The notes under the pieces were generated by a model. That model was not told where the DNA came from and did no database searches. It was given only the letters and a program-made list of their open reading frames with translations. This document shows positions 24,109 to 36,112 of a stretch of 64,000 bases of DNA, one piece after another. Positions within the stretch are counted from its first letter, which is position 1. Each line of letters starts with the position of its first letter. Source of the DNA: Octopus sinensis (taxonomy: Eukaryota); the NCBI RefSeq assembly GCF_006345805.1, contig NC_043015.1, forward strand, positions 33,666,001 to 33,730,000, written 5' to 3'. The position numbers were made by a program, and so were the translations under genes.

Positions 24109-25170
24109 GCTTACACACACACACACATATATACATACATACAGACACACACATACATGCAGACACACACACATACATGCACATACACACACATACATGC
24201 ACATACACACACACACACATACATAAGTATCAGAGGCAACTCCAGGTCATCAGTGTCGCTCAGGATCATCACAGATTTCACATAAGAGACATGCCTGCTC
24301 AAAGAATTTCATGTTTTCCTGCTTTATTTCTAACCCCAAATGGCTTGGGTCTTTTTTTCTACCTAGCACTATGTCTTTCTCCATTTCTAAGTTAAGGTAA
24401 AAATAAAGCAACCCTGCAAAACACAACTGCCCTTTACACACAGTCGCACAGAGTAACAGCGATCAAATAACGACATCGGAGTGTGCAGCAAACATCAGCG
24501 ATCTGACTGTTACCTGTACTCTTGACAAGTGATGCCAGTTAGTCTTTTACACCTGCCAGGCTCATTCGTATTAGCCTGAGTTGCTGGGATAATTTTCCGT
24601 TCCTTTAAGAATATTGTAGAACGGAAACTTTTCATCGATTGGCATTTAAATCTTGATCTCTATAGAAATTTATGGTTTCAAGAAAACACTGAATTTGAAT
24701 TACTTTTAATTTTTATGTTTATAGGTAACAACGTGGGCTGTAACTTCTGAGCCTGAGTCAGTCACGTGTGAACGATGTCGAGAGAACGTCGCTACGAATG
24801 ATATTTTTTGACACAGGGCACCCCTAAGATGACTACCAGAAGCTGAACGAAAATAAATGAATTGTGACCAGGCTCAATAAAAGGAACCCAAGTTACTGGT
24901 TGCAGTTATATTCTTGAAGTCAGTGTTGGCAGAAATTAAATCAGTTTGCAAATGCACGGTCACTTTACTAAATTTATACTCAGGCTAAGAACAAACAGCC
25001 CAAGTGCCGGAGTCGCCACAGATATATATATATATATATATATACATTTATATATATATACATTTATATATAGAGAGATAAATATATAGGTAGATAGATA
25101 TATATACTTTCATAGATATATGTGTGCACATATATATATATACATTTATTTGTAGATATATCTCTCCACC

Positions 25171-25239
<69 letters not shown>

Positions 25240-25746
25240 TTCATACATACATTTTTATTTGCACTTATTGCATATGCATACATATGCATGTTGTATGCAT
25301 GTGAATGTGAGTGCACGTGTGTATGTTTGTTTACATTATTTTAGATTGATGAAATCAGTAAAATATGCTATCTTTTACTTGGAAAAGGAAACTAGGGTTT
25401 GGATCAGAAAGGGCAAGTATAGAAAAATGGACAAAAACATATTTTGAAAACAAAAGTGTTTAACGTCATGTGTGTGTGCGTGTATACACACAGACTTATA
25501 TTTATGTGTGTGCTTCTGTGTGTGTTGGAAACTGATAAAGTAAATACAATTTACAATAAAAATTTGCAGTTTTATTTCTAAATATCAGCATTTTCAAAGC
25601 AAAAGCTTTGAAAGCTGTTCAACTACTTTTCAGCACCTCTCTCTCACTGTCACTCACTCCCACTCCATTTGTTGTTTTACTCTTCTTTCCCTCTTGTGTG
25701 ATCAACGGGTCACACTTTGCATTTTATTAGATGTAAGATAAGATAT

Positions 25747-25884
25747 CGGGCATAGGCAACCTGTGTCCTATGGGGCTCTCTGAATGGCACACCTAATGAA
25801 AAATTACCTTCAATTCGTTTTTTAACAGTGTGTCCCAGCTGATGAGTGCAACCCACTTCTCAAAGAAAGGGTTGCCCATGCCTG
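25747..25884. mobile_element. Short hAT-like MITE
   Basis: TIRs cgggcataggcaacc / ggttgcccatgcctg; 8-bp TSD not evident. Confidence 0.6.
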
Positions 25885-26098
25885 ATATACATATTTCTAT
25901 AAAGGTCCTTATATGTGTCATATAAAGAGAATATGTAAGAAAGCAAAATAAATTAAAGTCTCGGTGTGTGTTCTCCGCCCCATGCTGAGCTTGGGCTGGA
26001 TATCATTACTAACCAAACCATGATGACCTTTTGAGAGCCTGTACATAGTTACGGGATTCTCTTAAAATACTTGGTACATTTCTTTCAAATTACACTTG

Positions 26099-26392
26099 AT
26101 CATCATCATCATCATCATCATTTAGCATCTGCTTTCCATGCAGGCATGGGTTGCATGGTCTGAACAAGGTTGGTATGCTGGAGGGCTGCACCAGCTTCCA
26201 GTCTGATTTGGCACGATTTCTACAGCTGGATGCCCTTCATAATGCCAACCACTCCAAGAGTGCAATGGGTGCTTTCTACGTGCCCGTTACGTGACACTGG
26301 CATCAGCCACAACTAAAACTTCACTTGGCTCCACGGGTCTTCTCAAGTACAGTATATCACTAAAGGTCTTGATCGCTTATTATTGCCTCTGA
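26099..26392 (-). mobile_element. RTE LINE 3'UTR fragment with (CAT)n tail
   Basis: Matches the 3'UTR attached to the RTE ORF at 49322-50070. Confidence 0.75.
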
Positions 26393-27022
26393 GTAAAAGT
26401 GACAATAGAACATCTTTGAAATTTGTACAGAATAAATACAACAGGATATTCTTGTTTGAAAGTACCATTTTTGCCATTAATATGAACTGGTTTAAAATTT
26501 TGGCACAATTCCAACAATTTGGGGGAGGGGATAAGTTAATTACATTGCCCCCAATACTCAACTGGTACTTCTTTTATTGACCTCAAAAGGATGAAAGGCA
26601 AAGTTGGCGGAATTTGAACTCAGAATGTAAATGCAGAAGAAATGTCACCAAGTCTGACAAGGTAACGATTCTGTTAGCTCACCACCTTGCCATTAACATA
26701 TTCTTTATATTTTTTTACTTATTTGAATTTAATTGCAGTCATGCTGGAGCACCGCCTTTATGTTGGCAAAATATAATTACAATATACACAAACATGCACA
26801 CACAGGCAATTGGTTTCTAGGATTTCCCATGAACCAAATTTCACTCACAAAGCACTGGTCAACCCAAGATAGCAGTAAAGACTCTTACTCAAGCTTTCTA
26901 CACATTGACCTTGAACCCAGAACCTAAGGACTGTGAGGTGAACTTCTTAAGCACATGGCTATGCTTCCATACGCATAACTGATATACCAGCAAAGTATTT
27001 TACAGAGCTCTACAAGTAAACT

Positions 27023-27234
27023 CTAACCTCTTTTGATTCCAGCCCACCTGATTTTCTGACAAACATCTTGTTTTTAAAATGGTCTAACTTGAAGTCTTTC
27101 TTCAAAACTCCATGATAGGTTTCAAAAACCAGCTTAATAATGGTAAAGTTATTTTCCTAAATTCTCATTATTTTGAAAATTAATTCAAACAAAGACAGTG
27201 TATTTTAACAGAAATACGGTAACTAAAGGGTTAA
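27023..27234. mobile_element. piggyBac-like MITE, diverged
   Basis: ctaacctctttt ... aactaaagggttaa termini. Confidence 0.45.
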
Positions 27235-29615
27235 GAAAATGTAAACACACAAAAGTGAGCTTGCCACAAGATGGAAACAAATGCTAGACTAGTCTATCAA
27301 ATATATTAAAACAGTTTACAATTCCCACCCTCCCCCTGAAAATCATCCCCTTCCAGGAATCTCTGATAAAGATATCCAAATAATCTAGGTTTAATCAGAG
27401 CCACCCAAAGGGAATTTAAGAATAGCAATCTCAGACAATGATTTTGCCATAACAACCCAGGGGTTTTAGAAATCCTTGAGAATATTATCAGATTAGCTCC
27501 AAATTTACATCCTTTTAAATGCAAGTAATTTAAATTTTATCTTTGATAACATTCTTACCAATTCTAAATTCTAAGAATTCATATAAAATCAACGAGAAGC
27601 CTGATTGCTGTGTTGTCTGCTCAGACAATTTTATCAAAGATTTCATCTCTAAGTTAAACCCTTTTTGTGATGCACTTCAAATCCTCTTCATTACACACAA
27701 ACACATACATACACACACATTTACACACATGCACCTACTTTAATACCACCTTCTTGAGTGTCTTTAGAAGAGTTTACACTGTTGCAAGTATCCAAATTAG
27801 GCCTCTGGCTTTGGGATTTCTTTGAGCTATCATGCAGCATCATCCTCGATGCTTCCTTATGATGTCAAAGTCAGAGTGAAAGCCAATTCCCTCTTCAAAC
27901 ACCTGAGGACAAATTCTCTCTCTCTCCCTTCCCCCCTCTCTCTCTCTCTCTCTCTCTCTCACTCACTCTCTAGAAATGACTGCCAAACTTATTCTTCCTG
28001 TCACATGTTTGCAGTGGTCATTACTCAATTTGTCCAACTGCAGGACCAATACCTGTCTCCACATGATGACAAACTATATGCCATGTCAAAATACAGCATA
28101 CATAATCATGTCTAGAATCTAATGTGAGAAAAAAAAACCCTCCAATTACCAGAGTTGCATACAACAGAGCCTGCCCTATGGTAAGATTTAAGACTATAAA
28201 TTTAGCTATGCAACTACTTTAACATAGGACTTTATTATGGATATATCCAAGTAACCACTCCACTATAACATGGACCTTATATATGGTTAGGTAACCACTC
28301 TATCATTAGGTCCTTATATGTAACTATATAACCACTCCAAATGTAATCACTTCTATAACGATCTTATATCATCATCATTATTTAATGCCCATTTTTCATG
28401 CTGGTATGGGTTGGATAGTTTGACAGGAGCTGGCAAGCCAAAAGATTGCACCAGGCTTCACTACCCACCTTGGTATGGTTTTTGTGGCTAGATGCCCTTC
28501 AAAATGTCAATTACTTTACAAAGTGGACTGAGTATTTTTTACACAGCACCAGCAAGGCCTGTTTTGGCATGGTTTTTAAAGCTAGATACCCTTCCTATAT
28601 GGTTAATTATTTCTTGATCAAGTCAAAAGAAAAATTTGAAAAACAATAGGCATGGCCCTTCTTCAGACTGAGATACACCTGTAACAGTATGTGTAATGGT
28701 ATATGCTGGAGTCGGCAGTTACCAATTGTAACAGGTGTTGATGTTGCAGATGTGTAAGGTGAAAGAAGAACAGTGATCGAAGTTGCAAACAAACATTTAT
28801 TTACCATTACATATTGTTGTAGCCAAAACCATGATGGGTTGGTAAGTATAATTTGTAAAGCAAGCGAGGTAAAGAGAGATATCATAGATTTTTCTTGTAT
28901 AGGTGTGTTTGTGTTCTCGACATAGTGCAGTAGTAAACCACAGACAGAGACAGGGTAACGTTGTAGAGAAAAGAAAGCGAGCGAGTGAGAGCGAGAGTGG
29001 TGGAACGAAACAACTGCTTTGTTGGTGAGTTACCATAGTTGTCTCTCTGTGCTTTTTCATTCAGAGACAGAGTTTCATTTAGCCGGTCAGCCAGACTCGG
29101 TTCTCACTAACTGACTTTGGCTTATGGAGTTCTTGTATTTATAACTTTGCAAAACTAGATAGAAAAGTAGATATACTGCAAAGACAATGGATATACTTTG
29201 GGGGTCCACTGTTATCTCAATTCCATTCTCCACTGCATAGAAGAGATTAGAAGGGTCAAGTGGCAAAGACATAAATCAGATTGGCAAAGCCATATGTTAA
29301 ATGTGACTTGCTGTCAACCATTGTTCCTCTGTCAGAAAAGTGCTGTTGAAATATTATGGGAAATCAGCCGATTCAGGTTCGAATCTACTCTATACCTAAA
29401 TGAAGTCACTACACACTGAATGTAAACCTGCTTGTTACTACTACTACTACTACCACCACTGCTAGTACCCCCAACTCCACTACCACCGCAACAATCAGAG
29501 GACAACAACACCACCATTAGCATTATCAACATAAACATCTCGTGATATTACCAAAAACAAAAGAAATAATGAAATCAGACAAGAATAGAACCAGACATTC
29601 TGAAACTCTTTGATC

Positions 29616-29652
<37 letters not shown>

Positions 29653-30609
29653 TACAACCACCACCACTATCAGCATCACCATAACTACCATCACCGTCAT
29701 CATCATCATCACCATTATCACTACCACCATTTCACCACTATCATCATCACCACCATCATCATCATCACTAAATTCATAATCAATTGAATAAACAATATCA
29801 GTTATTAAAATTGTTCTGGCTTTGTTTCCATTAAGTCTTAACCCCCCACCCGCCCACCCTCCAATACTTCTATGGTTTCTCTATGATTTGATCCAAAGAA
29901 AACATTACTACCTTTAAGTCATCTCCATCATCATCATGATCATCATCATCAAATGTTATGACCATTACAATCATCATCATCACTATTATCAACGTCATTG
30001 TCTTCATTATCACTTATCTTTAAGACCATTACCATTCCTCTTCATCGTTATCTCTATCCCCATCCTCTTCACCATCACCAGTTCATCATTTTCCTTACCC
30101 TGTTCCTCTTCCTTTTTATCACAAACGTTAAGAGTCAAGCTGGACCAACAATAACAACTTACAAGAAATATCCTGCCACAAACCTAATTGATGCCAGGTT
30201 CACTGATTACCAAAAGAGAAACGGTTCGTTAGACAAACTGAAATGAAAATATATCTGGATTGTGAATGTTTCTGGGATTTCAATGATAAACGGTATAAAT
30301 GTATGTGTGTGTGTGTGTGTGTGTGATCATGTTCTTTTATTCTTTTATTTTAGTCATTTGAGTGCAGCCATGCTGGAGCACAATGTTTTAGTTGAAACAA
30401 ATTGACCTCAGCATTTATTCTTTGTAAGCCTAGTACTTATTCTATCGGTCATTTTCAACAAACCGCTAAGTTACGGGGATGTAAACACACCACCATCGGT
30501 TGTCAATACTATATATATTTATATATTTACATGTATTTATATTTGTATATATTCATATTTATATATATTTATACATATATACACGTGCACACATGTACAT
30601 ACACACACA

Positions 30610-30770
30610 TATGTACATGTATCTATGTACAAGTATATATGTAAAATTATATATGTAAAAGTATATATGTGAAACTATATATGTAAAAGTATATATGTAA
30701 AGGTATATATGTGAAAGTATATATGTAAAAGTATATATGTAAAGGAATATATGTGAAAGTATATATGTAT
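30610..30770. repeat. 14-bp minisatellite (atatatgtaaaagt)n
   Basis: Directly visible. Confidence 0.85.
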
Positions 30771-30779
30771 ATGTATGCA

Positions 30780-31465
30780 TTCATTATTTTTCTCTTTACC
30801 TGCATCAGTTGAGAGTTACTGTCTGGGAGATATCTTATGGAAGTGGAATAGTATTTCACTGCTATTTCAAAATTTCGGTATGTGGTGAAGCAATTTTTGC
30901 TGAACCCCAATTATAATTATGCTTATAATTATAGAATTTTTGTATAAGGTTAATGAACTTGGTAAAATTATTAATTGATTAATTAATTTTACCCTTTACC
31001 ATTATTGATAATATAATTCACTCCTTGATAGTAAACTGCAGATTCTGCAGAATAACACATGGCACACGTGGGTGGTTGAGGAAGAATGCAAGATCTCATT
31101 CATCTGTTCGAATTCAGAAGAACTGGTTTTTGGATATAGGCTGTTCAATGGCACTTGGTCAACTACGTATATTAATTATCAGTGCTCTCAAATTTAAAAC
31201 TGAAATACTATATTGACGACAGGAATAAGTGAGTAGAAATAGGATTTTACATCTCTTTAACCCAGAAACGTGTATATAGTTAATCAAAGCTGGGTGGATT
31301 CGTTATTTTTCTCTTTATCTGCGTTAGTTGAGAGTATTACTGTCTGGGAGATATCTTATGGTTGTGGAATAGTATTTAACTGCTATTTCTAAATTTCGGT
31401 ATGTGGTGAAGCAATATTTGCTGAACCCTAATTATAATTCTGATTATAATTATATAATTTTTGTG
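30780..31465. mobile_element. Partial-tandem ~165-bp direct repeat, PLE pLTR-like
   Basis: 30780-30944 resembles 31299-31465; includes the ggtaaaatta...taattttacc palindrome also seen at 7602-7630; sits in (TA)n. Confidence 0.6.
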
Positions 31466-32479
31466 TGTGTGTATATACATATATATATATATATTTACTT
31501 CTAATATAGGATAAATTTTTTTTCAAAAAAAATTTCATCCAAGTGGCAGCATATTAAAATACCTTTAAAGGTGAAAATCATAAACAATTATAAACAATGG
31601 CAAAAGAAAAAAGATTTCTATGCCAATATGCTGAGAATCGTTAATCAACACATTACAACATATATTCACCATGAATACATGTCATGTTGGAATCGAGGAA
31701 GGCAAGGCAACAGAATTTTTTTTTTAATTCGTTATCTCTATATTGAATCAATTTCAGGATTAATTCCACGGATTTTTCCCTCTTCAGTAGAGAATACGAT
31801 GAATAAATGAAATACTTACAAGCACCCATGGAAAAAAGCAGAAGCAAGAGTCATGAGTACACATAAATACCCCAGTTATATCTAAATGTAAAATAATATT
31901 ATATAATTATATATCTATCTATCTAGCTATATATATACATATATAATTATATATCTATATATATATATATATATAATTATAGATATAGATATATAATTAT
32001 ATATATCTATATATATATACATATATAATTATATATCTATCTATATATATATACATATATAATTATATATCTATCTATCTATCTCTCTCTCTCTATATAT
32101 ATATACATATAGAAACATAAATATATATATACATACATACATGTATAAGCCAAATAAGAGAATGGAGAGGATAAATAATCGACAAACATCAGACTGTAAT
32201 CTTTCTATTTATTAATTGATTACAATCATGTGTAAGTGATCCAAGGAAACAACTGAAATAAGCCAATAAATACGTAAATAAATATATAAATAGAGACGAA
32301 TAAGAATAGATGAGTGTACAAATACTAAACTCTTGCAGTCGCTTCTACCATGGGGCTGCCAAAACATCCAAGTTATCCTCATCACGCCAGTAATAGAACA
32401 CACATTGGACAGGGATGGGACAATGGTTGAGCCCCAAGGCTTCATCAGAGAGACCAAATGTTAGGAGACTAACATGTGG

Positions 32480-33450
32480 AAAAATAAGTTAAAATAAAGC
32501 AGTAAAATAAAAATAAAAATAATATAACAGAATTAGTAAGGAATGTTAAGAACTTCATTTTAAGGTGCTCTTATAATCCATGGTATTACATCTTAAGGTA
32601 AATAAAGTCACATTCAGGAGAAATTCCTGCAGGCTGTGGGTTCCATCATGTTTCAACGATACTGAGGGAAATAGCGAGAGTAAAATGATGTGTAGTGAGT
32701 TAAATGGTAAGGTCCATGTCACAGGGGTCAGAAGTCAGAGGCTAATTGCTATTTAATAGATACAGCATTATAAAAGGAACTGGGAGAATTAAATTAACTT
32801 GGAGCAATTCAATCCATAAGTATATCAATGAAAGAAAACAATGAGTAAAACCTTAGTGTGATGTTATTATTTGTTACTTATTAACAGAAACCTAATCCCA
32901 ATACCCCTAAGTGTGGTAGGGTGAGGTGAAAATGAAGCCAACAACTTAATTGGTCAACTAATATTTGAAAACAATGGTATTGTTCAGGTCCGTTAAAACT
33001 ATCAATAAATTACAAGTAAAAACAAAAAAATAAATTTTTAATTCAGAAATGGATATTCTAGGGGTCGTTACTAAAAGCACTTATAGATATGGATATAGTG
33101 TTTTATATGAATATATCTGAGATATATATCAAATTAACAAGTAATTTTCTAAATGAGATAAGTAATGGACAAAACAATTACTGGAAAAGTAAACAAGCTA
33201 TAAATAAAAGCTACGAGGCTCTATCAGGGGAAAGTAGCTGGTTAGTATATTATCATATTAAAATGCAGAGATAAATTATACACTAAATTAGTATTTAGGA
33301 AGTGTTATTACATTACGGGGAGGTCTGAGTCATAATTTCAAGCTTACGAGAAAGTGTCCAAACAAAAAGGCAAAGGTGAAAATGTCCCAGTTAAAATATT
33401 TCTAGACTTCTAGACTACAATTGCAGGGAGGGGCTGACTGTGTATTTCAT
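32480..33450 (-). mobile_element. Highly decayed LINE 3' remnant (CR1/Jockey-like)
   Basis: Weak minus-strand peptides HHTKVLLIVFFH*YTYG and TSFYSRYFP resemble RT C-terminal motifs. Confidence 0.3.
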
Positions 33451-33554
33451 TTCAATGCTGGTGTGTAAACATATATTTAGAACTATATATGTAGGTATAC
33501 ACCCAGTAGTATATTGGATATTCAATATCCCTTTGATGGTTACTTAACATCTAA

Positions 33555-33587
<33 letters not shown>

Positions 33588-33588
<1 letters not shown>

Positions 33589-33734
33589 GCATAGGAGTGG
33601 CTGTGTGGTAAGTAGCTTGCTTACCAACCACATGGTTCCAGGTTCACCTTCGGCAAGTGTCTTCTATTATAGCCTCGGGCTGAACAAAGCCTTGTGAGTG
33701 GATTTGGTAGATGGAAACTGAAGGAAGCCTGTCG

Positions 33735-33765
<31 letters not shown>

Positions 33766-34000
33766 ATGTATGTATGTGTGTGTGTATATGTCTGTGTGTC
33801 TGTGTTTGTCCCCCCAACATCAGTTGACAACCGATGCTGGTGTGTTTACATCCCTGTAACTTAGCGGTTCGGCAAAAGAGACTGATAGAATAAGTACTTG
33901 GCTTACAAACAATAAGACCTGGGGTCAATTTGCTCTACTAAAGGTGGTGCTCCAGCATGGCTACAGTCACATGACTGAAACAAGTAAAAGAGTAAAAAGT
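33588..34000 (+). mobile_element. tRNA-derived SINE (family of 5760-6200)
   Basis: Same head and tail. Confidence 0.92.
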
Positions 34001-34230
34001 ATAGATATAAATATATAAGCAAAAATAAATCTCTGAGCGAGGTATAAACAGTAGCTGCAACACATCGTGAAGTATATTTGCCATTTAAATATGGCTAACC
34101 CCTAAGGGTGGATGCTACTGTAGCTTGTAGCCCCAGGAGGACACCTCCTCCAGCAGGCTATAGACACACTTTCTGTGCCCTATCAGTATTTGCAAAGGGA
34201 AGCCATCCTTCCCGTCTTCAACCTATGATA

Positions 34231-34275
34231 CACACGGACTCGAGTTTCTGGGTATTGACCCGTCATCAGCATGTG
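34231..34275 (-). ncRNA. Minimal type I hammerhead ribozyme (PLE pLTR type)
   Basis: CACAUG-CUGAUGA-C-GGGU caau ACCC-A-GAAAC-UCGA-GUC-CGUGUG; stems I and II pair, stem III is the palindrome ACUCGAGU. Confidence 0.8.
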
Positions 34276-35611
34276 ACAATCATGGCTGTCACTAAAAAGT
34301 AGGCCTTCCTCTGCAAATATATATCCTTACTAATATTCTTAACTAAATTCTTAAACACTACGGGGGTGGGTTGGCAGGAACCTACATTAATATAATTAAG
34401 TCTATTGTTGGGCTTTCCATAGGATTTGTAAATTTTCTTTTGTAAATCTAGAAATATGTCAAGGAAATTGACAACCATCAGATTGGTATCATTATGCTAA
34501 GATCAAACGTTTTCAAAAGATGGATAATATCCTTCCTTAAGTGATCTTGCACTGGTCCATTGGTCTTCTTAGCTGAAGCTAGAGCATCGTTCCTATAAAT
34601 AGTGAAATATACACCAGGAAAAGCTTTTCCTAACGTGTCAAGCAGGAACAGCCCAATGAGATCATATATGCCTGCTCCATATGACCCCATGCTCACATCG
34701 AAAGAACCCACTGAGTCTGCTGTCTTGACCCACTCTGTGTTCTCGTTGAAGAGTAAGGTCTTTCTAGCATGGAGGATTATATCCTTATCTTGTTCACTAA
34801 TCTCTGTGAAATCGCTTGCAAAAGTGAGGGCTTTATCTAGCAGTTTTCTAGAAATAGATGCACAGAAATCTACAATATCAAATTCTGTAAATCTTGCTTT
34901 ATTCTTATTTCTAATTGCTTTAAATCAGTTAACTTCTGTACTATTGAACCATTCTACTAAATCAGTTGCCCTTCTAACTTTAACATTGATTTTTATTAAA
35001 ATTTCCTTACAAATTATACCAATTTCTGATTTTGCAGGGTTCATTAGTCTGCATTGAGGATTAGTTAGGAACTTTTTACGGTCCTTAATAGTTATAAAGG
35101 CCTTCTTTTTTTGGGGGGATTTCTATTTTTTTTTTTATTTAAACCTAGTGGCAATGATACTAGCTTTTTTATTAATGTCGTTATAAACTTGCAGTCTAGC
35201 TTTAGTCAAATTACTAATAACATTGTTATGTAGGAGTTGTGAGTATGTGCTGTTGTCTACAAGTTATAAGTTCTTGGTTTTATCAGAAAAAAGTGCTGTT
35301 TTTTTTTTTAGTTTTTAATGTCTTTTTTCAGTTTCTGTTGTAAAGTGTTAAAGGACTTATGAAATTTGGTTTTGTTTATAAGCTTCAGTAGATCTGTTTC
35401 GAAGTCTTCTGAGTCCTTGATTTTGGGAGGGAATCTCTTTGATTTAATTTCATGGTGTATCTTCTCTGTGATAGTCTCTTCAGTGTTGTAATGGAAGGCC
35501 TTTTATCTCATATGTTTAATAAGATCTGTAATTTTCTCCAGTAGTTTTTTAGACTATAGTTCCTTGGATGGTATGTTTTTCATTAAGTAATCAATATTGT
35601 AAGGATCTACA

Positions 35612-36112
35612 TTATTTACAAGTGACAAATATTTGTCCTTATCTTGCTTGTTGTTATACACTACGTTTCGGCCGATATACCCTCCACCCTTCAACAGGTG
35701 TCTTGAGAAAATTTTGAACCTGGATTCTCATTCTTAAGGTATTTTTCGATGTTGTTGCTGTTGTTGTTGTTGTTCAGGTCACTGCCTGGAATTGAACTCG
35801 GAATGTTGGAATTAGTAGCCCGCGCTCATAATCACTAGGTCATATGCCCATGGGAATATGACGTAGTGGTTAAGAGTGCAGACTACTAACCCCAAGATTT
35901 CGAGTTCGATTCCAGGCAGTGACCTGAATAATAACATCAAAAAATACCTTAGGAATGAGAACCCATGTTCGAAATTTCCCCAAGACACCCGATGAAGGCT
36001 GGAGGGTATATCAGCCAAAACGTTGTGTTAACAACAAACAAGATGAGGACAAATATCTGTCAATTGTAAATAATGTACATAATTCCTCATCTCTTAAATA
36101 TAGAACAGTATT
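35612..36112. mobile_element. Fold-back insertion: inverted pair of tRNA-like + hammerhead modules, with TSD
   Basis: Arms 35612-35845 and 35855-36078, centre gcccatggg; flanking duplicate tgtaaggatcta(c/t)atta at 35598-35614 and 36114-36130. Confidence 0.78.

Noticed and set aside
23960-25447. ORFs rich in CV/YI/HT/LS repeats (also 6571-7140 and 53658-54457)
   Set aside because: Translations of (TG)n, (TA)n, (CA)n and (AG)n microsatellites.
29087-29272. 61-aa ORF with a hydrophobic stretch
   Set aside because: No recognisable homology, and its length is within chance expectation.
32425-32452. Minus-strand CTGATGA-AGCC-ttgg-GGCT
   Set aside because: The required GAAA is replaced by CAAC and there is no stem I or III.
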